Shown piece by piece: positions 9,901 through 18,314 of a DNA stretch of 64,000 bases (position 1 is its first letter; the number at the start of each line of letters is the position of its first letter). The position numbers and the translations under genes are program-made. The notes under the pieces are model-generated. The model was not told the DNA's origin. It ran no database searches and saw nothing but the letters and a program-made list of their open reading frames with translations. Source of the stretch: Bacteroidaceae bacterium (lineage in GTDB: Bacteria; Bacteroidota; Bacteroidia; Bacteroidales; Bacteroidaceae); assembly GCA_051878615.1 (NCBI GenBank), contig JBJEKL010000007.1:540-64539 (forward strand). The letters run 5' to 3'.

Positions 9901-10347
9901 TGGAATCATTGCCGCGGAGAACAGAATGTGTTCCGCTATCTGCCTGTCAAAGGTGGCATGTGCCTGAGACTCTTCAAGGATGACAGTGACGAGCAGGCTC
10001 GCATGGTTGCATTGGCAGCCAAGACCGCAGGAACTCCGCTGACTATCAGTTTCGATCCTGATGATGACAGGACTGTGGCTCTGACCTCAACAGGTGCCAG
10101 CATCAAGAAAGAGACGCTTGCTGATTTCCTGCAGTCGATGCCCACTTATGAGCGCATCCGTACATGCTCGGCCAATCTGCCACGCGAGATGTATGAGCGT
10201 GCAGCCGAGTGTGACAAGTACATAGCCACGGCTGTTCCCGTGAAGAATGGTCGTGTGGAGCTCATCCATTATATCAAGGAGCAGAGTATCTCATTTGAGT
10301 ACCACCGCTACGGTAGTGGTCAGGACCAGACTCCCAAGATAGAATGA
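6904..10347 (+). CDS. putA: Bifunctional proline dehydrogenase / L-glutamate-gamma-semialdehyde dehydrogenase
   Basis: 1147 aa. The N-terminal half resembles a PRODH TIM barrel. The C-terminal half is an aldehyde dehydrogenase (ETGGKN, FGNAGQKCSA, ELFGP, YGLTSGIQS). Confidence 0.9.
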   Translation: MNKPTIKEVEDWVMTLYNTCEETITDAERKEQHKYATMVQRPQDKKFLVKMLDESSQIRDDKKLAKRIKVLIDEYGIPKFLNKRDTFLFKMYQSFGHYFYPIAIPIIKKRLRMDTSRVIIDAARPHLTKHLATRFDQKIGQNVNLLGEVVLGDEEADKRYYSYLEALKEPDINYISVKISGIYAQTHALNYEESFPELVRRMSELYQAAIDNPYVDENGKKRSKFINLDMEEYKDAHLTMRLFKEVLSKPEFLNYSAGIVVQAYLPDAWGFQSELLEFAKERCSRGGAPIKMRIVKGCNLDMETVVASLRGWENPVRPNKTEVDANYLHIIERGLLPQNSQYLHIGMASHNLYTISYAYLLTKMYGTPKDTFCFEMLEGMADQVWRAQSKLGNHVILYTPVVKDEHFLNAVSYLVRRMDENTAPDNFLTHSFNLKPNTEAWNFLKKQFEDAYAIKDSIPHTPHRTQNRQEPYKPVPPMDEMKNEPDTDFDRECNQEWQRQIFAKWKKSKDDKPYIIPTQIGEETVENESRAKYYDRCQNDEVEICEMSKATVSQVDEIIKIAASDPKGWRNTTIEERHKIMYEAANRLGEMRGDLIGCMCAITGKTVTEGDVEVSEGIDYARFYTPSMKKFYQLDDVDIKAKGTILVISPWNFPCAIPCGGVVAALASGNTCILKPATVAAPVAWLFAKAFWDAGVPKEALQVIITERDALTRLTTAPEINHIILTGGTDTAQAITKANPTTPLSAETGGKNVMIITASADRDHAIMNACASAFGNAGQKCSACSLLLVERSVYESEEFRTKLKDCATSMKVGSVWNAGNIVGPMITNQNEKLLKAINILEPGESWLVPPRFVDEKKYILAPTVKMGVSPKNYSFRTELFGPMLSVCPFDTLQEAIDLVNGLDYGLTSGIQSLDEAERALWKNSIQAGNLYINRGITGAIVNRQPFGGMKLSAFGGGIKAGGPNYCAQFTYITDKEGSTTDYAKSYAEAWEQEFRYPRDWNHCRGEQNVFRYLPVKGGMCLRLFKDDSDEQARMVALAAKTAGTPLTISFDPDDDRTVALTSTGASIKKETLADFLQSMPTYERIRTCSANLPREMYERAAECDKYIATAVPVKNGRVELIHYIKEQSISFEYHRYGSGQDQTPKIE

Positions 10348-10354
10348 TTATCAC

Positions 10355-10389
10355 ATCCATCTCCCGCCCCAAAAGGACGGGAGATGGAT
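10355..10389 (+). terminator. putA terminator hairpin
   Basis: 12-bp perfect stem ATCCATCTCCCG/CGGGAGATGGAT with an 11-nt loop, 8 nt after the putA stop. No U-tract follows. Confidence 0.6.
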
Positions 10390-10541
10390 AAACGAAGAAG
10401 CAATTAATCAGGGCTTATTTCTAATCTTACAAAAAGCCGGCTGCAAGGGTTTCGATCAGAAGAAACACCTGTCTCTCAAGGTTCTGTGTCAACATAACGC
10501 CCTGGACACATGGCATGAGAAAAGGCTACTTATTTCAGGAT

Positions 10542-13500
10542 ATGAGGAAAAGATTGTACTTATTCGCGGTAATGGTGTTCATCACTACCTGTGTCCTTGC
10601 CCAAACGATCAATGTAAAAGGCACGGTCACAGATGAAAACAAGGAAACTATCATAGGTGCATATATCAGGATCAAGGGTGAGGATCGTGGTGTTCAGACA
10701 GACATCAATGGTAAATTTGAACTGAAGGATGTCAAGAAGAACGACCAGTTGGTCATTTCATTCATCGGTATGAAAACCCTTACCATATCGCCTAAGACCA
10801 ATATGAACATCATCCTGGAGAGCAGCGACAAAATGCTCGATGAAGTGATGGTAGTGGCATTCGGAGAACAGAAAAAGTCCTCGTTTACGGGTTCTGCTGA
10901 CGTGATTGACATGAAACTGATAGAACAACGCCAGGTGAACAACGTAATGGATGCATTACAGGGAAGCGTATCGGGTCTGCAGTCATTTTCTCATTCCGGT
11001 GCACCTGATGCTAACCCTGAGTTCCGCATCCGAGGCATCAGTTCCATCAACGCAGGCAACAATCCGCTGATAGTACTTGACGGCGTACCCTACGACGGCG
11101 AATGGAACAGTATCAACCCTGCCGATGTGGCATCAGTGACGGTGCTGAAGGATGCTGCATCCAACGCACTCTATGGTGCACGTGGTGCCAACGGTGTCAT
11201 CATCGTCACCACCAAGAAAGGCGACCAGAACCGCACCACCATCGGCCTCGACATGAAGGTAGGTTCCAGCAGCCGTGCATCCAAACGCTATAAAACCATC
11301 GACAATCCGGCACAATATATCGAAACCTACTACCAGTCGCTCTACAACGCCAATATCGCCAAGGGACAGAGCGTCTATCAGGCCCACCTCAATGCCAACA
11401 ACACACTCTATGCCTCTGCAGGTGACGGCGGTTTGGGCTACCTGCCTTATGCCGTACCGGATGGACAGTATCTGATTGGCGACAACGGTAAGCTCAACCC
11501 CAATGCCACACTGGGCAACCGTGTGTACAACAACGGACAAGTGTACACCATCATGCCCGACGATTGGATTGACGAAACCTATCGGAATGCACTCCGGCAG
11601 GAATACAACATTAACATCAACGGTGGCGGACAGCAGGGCCAGTTCTATGCTTCACTGGGCTACCTCAATAGCGAGGGTATCGCCGTTGCCTCCGACTACG
11701 AACGCTACACCGCTCGTATGAAGGCCTCCTATAAGGCCGCCAAGTGGCTCAACGTGGGCGGTAACATAAACTTTGCCCGTAGCGCCAGCAACAACGGTGC
11801 CGATGTGGACGACACTGAAGACGATGCCGGAAACAACATTTATACGCAAATCTCACAAATTGCGCCCATCTATCCCGTTTATCTGCGCGATGGCAACGGC
11901 AACATCCTGCGCGACGAATACGGTCCTGTAGGCGACTATGGTGACGGCCAGGTGTTAGGCCGCGAATATGTACGTCCCTACCTGAAGCAGTCAAACGGCA
12001 TCACTGATGCCACGCTCAACACCAACAAGAAGGTGATCACCTCTTTTGCGCTCAACGGATTTGCAGACATCGACATCTGGAACGGTCTTTCGCTCACAAT
12101 AAACGGAAGTGTTTATAGTAGCAACTACCGCAGCACCTACACCTATAATCCTTTCTATGGCTACGGCCATGCCAATTTCCCAAATGGCTACGTATACAAG
12201 GACAACTACACGGAGTATTCGCTCAATTTCCAGCAGTTGCTCAAGTACACCAAGAAGTTCGGCAACAACAACATATCCCTGCTGGCCGGACACGAGAGCT
12301 ACGACTGCACCTACGAAGACATCAACGGTGAAAGGAAGAACATGTTCTCCTATTTCGACAACCAGGAACTCAACGGTGCCACTACGCTCTACGGCAACGG
12401 TTCCTCCTCGCTGGGCTACAACACGGAAGGATGGATTTTCCGTGCCCTCTACGATTGGGACGGCAAGTATTTCGGCCAGGTGTCCTATCGCCGCGATGCA
12501 TCCAGCCGCTTCCATCCTGACCACCGCTGGGGTAACTTCTATTCGCTGGGTGGAGCATGGATTCTGACCAAGGAATCGTGGATGGAAAAGGCCAAATGGC
12601 TCAATACCCTCAAACTCAAGGCTTCGTTCGGCCAGAACGGCAACGACAACATCAGCGACTTCCTCTATGTAGACACCTACAACATCACCAAGGGCAACGG
12701 CAACGAGATTGGTCTCACCCTGCGCAACATCGGTAACGAGCGCATTACATGGGAGACCGTCAACAACATCAATGTGGGTCTGGAGTTCGACCTCTTCTCC
12801 AATCGTTTGCGCGGAAGCCTCGAATACTTCTACCGTAAGACCAGCGACATGCTTTGTAGCGTGAAGGTGCCCCTGTCATCGGGCTACGCCGGCTACTCCG
12901 ACAACGTGGGCGACATGGCCAACAGCGGTGTGGAGATGGAGCTCACAGGCGATATCATCGCCACCAAGAACTGGACATGGACCCTGGGAGCCAACATTAC
13001 AGGCTACAAGAACGAGATTCTGAAACTGAATGCCGACAACCGAAACAATGTGCTCGAAGGACATGTGGGCTACAACAGCGGAAGCTATTTCTATGGCGAG
13101 GGCCTGCCCATGTACACCTGGCGTCTGCGCAAGTATGCAGGCGTGTCGGAAAACGGGCAGTCGATGTGGTATATACACGATGCAGACGGCAACCTGACCA
13201 CCACCACCAACCCCACCGAGATTACCCGCGATGAAGACTTCTTCAACTGTGGCACGGCACTGCCCGACTTCTATGGTGGATTCAACACGTCGCTCAGTGC
13301 ATACGGTTTCGATCTGAGTGTGTCATTCGCCTATTCCGTGGGAGGCAAGGTGCTCGACTGTGGTTACCAGTCGCTCATGGGTTGTCCTTACAGTGGTAAT
13401 ACGGGAACGGCCATTCATGAGGATATGCTCAAGGCATGGTCATCCACCAACACCTCCTCCAATATTCCACGCTACCAGTATGGTGACACCTACGCAGCCT

Positions 13501-13757
13501 ATACTTCCGACCGATTCCTAATTGACGGCAGTTGGCTTAGCCTACAAAACATCACACTGGGCTACAACCTGCAAAAAAAATGGCTGGCACCCCTTCACAT
13601 CACGGGTGTGCGGCTGAGTGTGTCGGGCGAGAACCTCACCTATTGGAGCAAGCGTAAGGGCCTCGACCCGCGCAGCAACAACTTCGGCATGGTGAGCAGC
13701 AACACGAAATACGCACCTGCGCGCACCATTATCGGTGGCATCAATGTACAATTCTAA
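10542..13757 (+). CDS. SusC/RagA-family TonB-dependent outer-membrane transporter
   Basis: The signal peptide starts at the ATG at 10542 (the ORF opens at 10515). It has a carboxypeptidase-regulatory-like N-domain (VKGTVTDENKETIIGAYI), plug motifs (DEVMVVAFG, NPLIVLDGVPY, LKDAASNALYGARGANGVIIVTTKKG) and a C-terminal aromatic residue. It is followed by SusD. Confidence 0.9.
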   Translation: MRKRLYLFAVMVFITTCVLAQTINVKGTVTDENKETIIGAYIRIKGEDRGVQTDINGKFELKDVKKNDQLVISFIGMKTLTISPKTNMNIILESSDKMLDEVMVVAFGEQKKSSFTGSADVIDMKLIEQRQVNNVMDALQGSVSGLQSFSHSGAPDANPEFRIRGISSINAGNNPLIVLDGVPYDGEWNSINPADVASVTVLKDAASNALYGARGANGVIIVTTKKGDQNRTTIGLDMKVGSSSRASKRYKTIDNPAQYIETYYQSLYNANIAKGQSVYQAHLNANNTLYASAGDGGLGYLPYAVPDGQYLIGDNGKLNPNATLGNRVYNNGQVYTIMPDDWIDETYRNALRQEYNININGGGQQGQFYASLGYLNSEGIAVASDYERYTARMKASYKAAKWLNVGGNINFARSASNNGADVDDTEDDAGNNIYTQISQIAPIYPVYLRDGNGNILRDEYGPVGDYGDGQVLGREYVRPYLKQSNGITDATLNTNKKVITSFALNGFADIDIWNGLSLTINGSVYSSNYRSTYTYNPFYGYGHANFPNGYVYKDNYTEYSLNFQQLLKYTKKFGNNNISLLAGHESYDCTYEDINGERKNMFSYFDNQELNGATTLYGNGSSSLGYNTEGWIFRALYDWDGKYFGQVSYRRDASSRFHPDHRWGNFYSLGGAWILTKESWMEKAKWLNTLKLKASFGQNGNDNISDFLYVDTYNITKGNGNEIGLTLRNIGNERITWETVNNINVGLEFDLFSNRLRGSLEYFYRKTSDMLCSVKVPLSSGYAGYSDNVGDMANSGVEMELTGDIIATKNWTWTLGANITGYKNEILKLNADNRNNVLEGHVGYNSGSYFYGEGLPMYTWRLRKYAGVSENGQSMWYIHDADGNLTTTTNPTEITRDEDFFNCGTALPDFYGGFNTSLSAYGFDLSVSFAYSVGGKVLDCGYQSLMGCPYSGNTGTAIHEDMLKAWSSTNTSSNIPRYQYGDTYAAYTSDRFLIDGSWLSLQNITLGYNLQKKWLAPLHITGVRLSVSGENLTYWSKRKGLDPRSNNFGMVSSNTKYAPARTIIGGINVQF

Positions 13758-13777
13758 CCAACCAGGAGGACGAATCA

Positions 13778-15550
13778 ATGAAAAATAGAAAACAATACAA
13801 ATATATATGCCTGTGGCCCTTGATTGCCACCTTATCCTTTACCGCCTGCATCGAAGAGGAAATGCCGTCTGATATGGCCACAGCAGATCAAATTGAGGTC
13901 ATGGATTTGAGCACCTCACTCAAAATGATGGTCTACGGCCTGAACTCAAAGATGATTTCCGAGTCGAACTATTACAATAGTTCCTATGCAGGCACATGGT
14001 ACGCCACACAGGACTGGGGTTATCCCTGCTATATGTACATCCGTGAGACCATGCTCGACGGTTTTCCCTCCACCGATGCCAGCTGGAATTATCAGATCTA
14101 TTATGAAAGTGCCAGCAATCTCACAGGCTACACCGCATGTCCCTACTTCTATTATTACAGCCTTATTGACAATGCCAACCGTATCCTCCGGTCGCAATCC
14201 GATGAGAACATGAACGAGGCCATCGTGCGCTACATGAGCATTGCCCGTGTATATCGTGCCCTGTCCTACATGGATCTGAGCATGATGTTCGAGTTCTGTA
14301 CCACAGAAAAGGAGGAACTCAATGCCAAGGCAAAAGACGTATTGGGTCTCACCGTGCCCATCGTTACTGAGAAGTCTACCCTGGAAGAGGAGAAGAACAA
14401 TCCACGTGTACCTTTCTACACAATGTACCGCTTCATCTACAACGACCTCACGCAAGCCGAGAATGTCCTGCGCGACTATGTACGTTCCGAGAAAAACGAA
14501 GTGAACATTGATGTAGTGAACGCCCTACTCTCCCGCTTCTGGCTCACGTTGGCTACCCGCTTCCGCCAGTTCCCCGACGACCTATCTACGCAGCTGGCTC
14601 ACGAAGGAGATGCCGACAAGGGATGCGCGCTGGGCATTACCACGGCAGAGGAATGCTACCAGAAGGCAGCTGACTATGCCGATAAAGTAATCAATGCAGG
14701 CTACACGCCCGTCACCAGGGAGCAATGGAAGGATGCAAAGACAGGTTTCAACACGGCCAACCAGGCATGGGTGTGGGACATGCGCATCACCTCGCAGGAG
14801 CAATACTCCAGTTTCTGGTGTAGCATCATGGGGCTCACCACTTCCGAGGCCACATGGGCTATGCCTGCATACGGTAACGCCTATCGCTGCATCAGCACAC
14901 GCTATTATGACAAGATACAGGATGGCGACTGGCGCAAGGAAACATGGATTGCTCCCGAAGATGCCGAATCGGTTACAGTTCCTGCCAAGTACAACAGCCT
15001 GCTCAAGGAAGAATCCGCTACTACCAAAGAAGACCGCACGAACTTCAGCCGTCTGCCTGCCTATGCCAATCTGAAATATCGTCCCGGCAGCGGTAGCATC
15101 GATGACGAGCTGACAGGTATGCTTTGCGACATTCCCCTCATCCGTGTGGAGGAAATGCATTTCATCAAAATGGAGTGTACTTACTATCTCAACGGCCTTG
15201 AAGCAGGACGTTCGGCTCTGGAGTCCTTCCTGAACACCTATCGTTTTGATAGTGGCTACACCTACACCTGCGATGCCAATTATGCCACGGCTTTTATATA
15301 TGAAATGATTGCACAGAAATATATCGAATTCTGGGGCGAAGGCATCATGTACAACGACTTCAAGCGTTTGCGGTTGGCCATTACACGTGAATATGAAGAG
15401 TCCAACTATCTCGACACATACAAGATGAACTCAAAGGACGGCTACTGCGCTCCATGGCTCAATTTCTACCTCCCCGACACGGAGCGTAGCTTCAACCGGG
15501 CTTTGGACGGACAGATGAATCCCGATCCTACGCCATATTGCAAAGACTAG
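13778..15550 (+). CDS. SusD/RagB-family nutrient-binding lipoprotein
   Basis: 590 aa with a lipobox (LSFTAC). It lies immediately downstream of SusC and has a SusD-like C-terminal block (EFWGEGIMYNDFKRL). Confidence 0.85.
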   Translation: MKNRKQYKYICLWPLIATLSFTACIEEEMPSDMATADQIEVMDLSTSLKMMVYGLNSKMISESNYYNSSYAGTWYATQDWGYPCYMYIRETMLDGFPSTDASWNYQIYYESASNLTGYTACPYFYYYSLIDNANRILRSQSDENMNEAIVRYMSIARVYRALSYMDLSMMFEFCTTEKEELNAKAKDVLGLTVPIVTEKSTLEEEKNNPRVPFYTMYRFIYNDLTQAENVLRDYVRSEKNEVNIDVVNALLSRFWLTLATRFRQFPDDLSTQLAHEGDADKGCALGITTAEECYQKAADYADKVINAGYTPVTREQWKDAKTGFNTANQAWVWDMRITSQEQYSSFWCSIMGLTTSEATWAMPAYGNAYRCISTRYYDKIQDGDWRKETWIAPEDAESVTVPAKYNSLLKEESATTKEDRTNFSRLPAYANLKYRPGSGSIDDELTGMLCDIPLIRVEEMHFIKMECTYYLNGLEAGRSALESFLNTYRFDSGYTYTCDANYATAFIYEMIAQKYIEFWGEGIMYNDFKRLRLAITREYEESNYLDTYKMNSKDGYCAPWLNFYLPDTERSFNRALDGQMNPDPTPYCKD

Positions 15551-15623
15551 GACTCTCATACTTTTCCAATAGGAAAGCAAGCGAGCAGACAGATTGAATA
15601 ATAACAAGAATAACGATTTATAG

Positions 15624-16535
15624 ATGAAAAGGATTATATATAATATAATGTACGCAACAGCAGCCATACTGTTGGCTATGTCGTGCGACGACAGGAACGA
15701 AACCGACTACGAGCCTGGGAAACCCACTGCAGAAGGTTCTATAGGTGTATATTTCGATGGCAGCAACCCCTCCGAATTTCTACTCCGTCCCGGAGAGGCA
15801 TCGGAGATAGAAATCGGTGTTTCACGAATTGAGGGAGGCAACGCTGCAACCGAGGTGCCACTTATTGTGACGGCCGATGATGGTATCAGTTTTCCCTCTT
15901 TTGTGGAATTTGCGGCTGGAGAATATAATACAACCATCAAGGTTACCCTCGGCGACCTGGCAGAGTCGAAGGTATACCATTTCACAGTCACTGTACCCGA
16001 GGAATATGCTGATCACTATACCATAAAATCAGGATCCACCACATACTCTGGAACAATCTTGATAGCTGCATGGAACACTATTGCTGACAATGTAAAAATG
16101 AAGTGGTCCACGCTCGGAATAACAAACGAATTCACCACAACGCTTGAATGCCTCGGCGAGACTGGCCGCTACCGTTTTAGCAATTTCCTCACCTCGGGCA
16201 TCGATTACATTTTCACTATAGGCGACGAATCAAAGGCATTTATAGGTTACAACTGTATCACCACTTATTCTAACTACGAGCCTTACGAGGGTTCGGAAGC
16301 AAAGGCCGTATATTTCTTTGACAGCGCCACGCAAAGCTATCCCACATGGACAGTGGCAGACGGCACCATCGAGGTACTGGACATCTGCATCCTTGAGGAC
16401 TACGGTAAAAACACAGGCTACTCCTGCATCTCGCTCGACAAGCAACGCGGCTACATCTATCTCTACTGGACCGAATACACCGACGGGCAGTATGAATACT
16501 ACAATGCCGTTTCATTCTCCTGGCCAAAGGAGTAA
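15624..16535 (+). CDS. Hypothetical surface lipoprotein (SusE/F-position glycan-binding candidate)
   Basis: 303 aa with lipobox LAMSCDD. It sits in the third position of the SusC/D locus. I recognise no catalytic motif. Confidence 0.55.
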   Translation: MKRIIYNIMYATAAILLAMSCDDRNETDYEPGKPTAEGSIGVYFDGSNPSEFLLRPGEASEIEIGVSRIEGGNAATEVPLIVTADDGISFPSFVEFAAGEYNTTIKVTLGDLAESKVYHFTVTVPEEYADHYTIKSGSTTYSGTILIAAWNTIADNVKMKWSTLGITNEFTTTLECLGETGRYRFSNFLTSGIDYIFTIGDESKAFIGYNCITTYSNYEPYEGSEAKAVYFFDSATQSYPTWTVADGTIEVLDICILEDYGKNTGYSCISLDKQRGYIYLYWTEYTDGQYEYYNAVSFSWPKE

Positions 16536-16579
16536 CCATTCACAAATACACCCATACCTATTAATATACACAAGCGCTT

Positions 16580-17977
16580 ATGAAAACATCCATATACAAG
16601 GTTCTCCTGCTCATGACAGCACTTACCTGGGGACTGACATCATGCGATGATGACGAACTGGTAAAAAGTCCGCTTGACCTTACAGAAATCACGGAGAATG
16701 CACGCACGGTAAGCACCCTCAGCTTCACATGGTCACCTGTGGCAGGAGCTACACAGTATGCCTACGAACTCACATCCCCCGAGGGAGATGTTGTACTGGG
16801 AGGCATCACTAACACCACTTCACTCCTGGCCACAGGTCTCAAGCCCTCCACCACCTACACACTCAACGTGTGGGCCTATGCAGATCCATCAGGCAACAAG
16901 ACTACATCACCCATAGCTACCCTGCAGGCCACTACCAACGAGGTGGTACCTCTGGCCAGTCCACAAGCCACATGGGAACAGACACCCGCAGGAATCGTAC
17001 TCACATGGCCTGCTGTCGATCATGCGGAATATTATGAGATATGGTATTACACTGGTACAAGTGACGAACCCATGTATACCCAGACCACCAGCAACAGCAT
17101 CACTCTGCAAAATCTCACCATCGGAGCACACAAGGTTATCATACAAGCCTCTACAAGCGACGAGAACTTCTCCAACTCCATCACCTTCGAATTTGAGGTA
17201 ACCAGAAGTAAGAGAGAGCTATGGCGCACGGAATGCAACTACAAGGCTCCTGTTCTGGGCACGGACTTCACCTGTCAGGTGGTAGCCTATGATGATGGCA
17301 GCTATGAGATAGAGGGTCTGTATGGCTCAGATGACAAACTGGAGTTCAGCACAGGTGATGACAATGCCTTCACACTCCTCAACGCCAGTTACATCAGTCT
17401 GCCTTACTATTATGTGAATGCCGGTGACTACACCCTATGCCTCTATATTGACGACGGTTACTCCTATGCAGCCTGCACACGTGCTCAAGGCGAAGTATGG
17501 TTCCTCTGCTATCTGTATGACCAGAGTAACAACTTTCTGGGAGGAGGATACGACTACATCACCTGGGGATCAGAGGAAGAGGAAGAGAATAGCATCGACA
17601 AACTGGTGGGCGATTATACAGAAACCACCACATGCTATGACCTGACCTACGACTGGACCAACTGGACAGCCGTGACCGACCAGCAAAGTGACGTCAAGAT
17701 AGAGAAGGTGGACGACGAGACCATCTCCATCTACAACTTCTATAGTTGGGAATCCACGCTTACGGCTCACGTGGATATGGCCAATCATACCATCACGGTG
17801 GATCAGAACGCCACTTTTGCCGACTACTATACCTTTGCAGATTACAGTTCTGCAGACAAGGCTGTGATAGGCACATTTGACGAGAACTACACCATCACGT
17901 TCCAGAACTGGTCGATATGGTACAGTGGCTATGCCTATATCTACGAAGGCGCCTACAGCATCCTCACGCGTAAATAA
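16580..17977 (+). CDS. Hypothetical surface lipoprotein with two fibronectin-III-like repeats
   Basis: 465 aa with lipobox GLTSCDDD. Two FN3-type segments are present (LSFTWSPVAGATQYAYEL...TTYTLNVWAY and IVLTWPAVDHAEYYEIWYY). Confidence 0.55.
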   Translation: MKTSIYKVLLLMTALTWGLTSCDDDELVKSPLDLTEITENARTVSTLSFTWSPVAGATQYAYELTSPEGDVVLGGITNTTSLLATGLKPSTTYTLNVWAYADPSGNKTTSPIATLQATTNEVVPLASPQATWEQTPAGIVLTWPAVDHAEYYEIWYYTGTSDEPMYTQTTSNSITLQNLTIGAHKVIIQASTSDENFSNSITFEFEVTRSKRELWRTECNYKAPVLGTDFTCQVVAYDDGSYEIEGLYGSDDKLEFSTGDDNAFTLLNASYISLPYYYVNAGDYTLCLYIDDGYSYAACTRAQGEVWFLCYLYDQSNNFLGGGYDYITWGSEEEEENSIDKLVGDYTETTTCYDLTYDWTNWTAVTDQQSDVKIEKVDDETISIYNFYSWESTLTAHVDMANHTITVDQNATFADYYTFADYSSADKAVIGTFDENYTITFQNWSIWYSGYAYIYEGAYSILTRK

Positions 17978-18021
17978 TACAGTGTAAACACCCATCAATG
18001 GGATAAACGTTCAGAGGAAAA

Positions 18022-18054
18022 GAGGGGTTGCGCCAGAAAACAGCACAACCCCTC
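18022..18054 (+). terminator. Terminator hairpin after the FN3 lipoprotein gene
   Basis: 9-bp stem GAGGGGTTG/CAACCCCTC with a 15-nt loop, 45 nt after the stop codon. Confidence 0.55.
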
Positions 18055-18232
18055 CCTTGTATAAATCCGAATTAGACCGCCATAGAGTGTTTTCAGATCA
18101 GTAGAACAGCCATGGGAATTGAAGAGTATGTCCTTTGGGGGTCTGTCCTTTATTTTGTGAATCACGGTTGCCCCCCATTCGGCTTAGCTGGAGCCAGTTC
18201 TATCACGCCCTCAAAATCCCGAGTAGGATACA

Positions 18233-18274
18233 CTTTTTCACGCAAACGTTTGCGTTGAAAATGGGCAAAATTGA
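18233..18274. repeat. Single-unit member of the same palindrome element family
   Basis: The sequence is CTTTTTCACGCAAACGTTTGCGTTGAAAATGGGCAAAATTGA. It contains the 16-bp perfect palindrome ACGCAAACGTTTGCGT at 18240-18255. Its flanks match those of the 41.5-kb array except for 2 substitutions in the right flank. Confidence 0.85.
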
Positions 18275-18314
18275 CGGGACATGAATATAGTTCCCCTCAG
18301 AAAAGGAGAAGGTA

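Noticed and set aside
13573-13580. An A8 run inside the SusC coding sequence as a phase-variation switch.
   Set aside because: The gene is intact and in frame (LQKKWLA). A/T runs of 8-9 are common in this window (27935-27943, 38764-38772, 41483-41490). Without population data there is no support.
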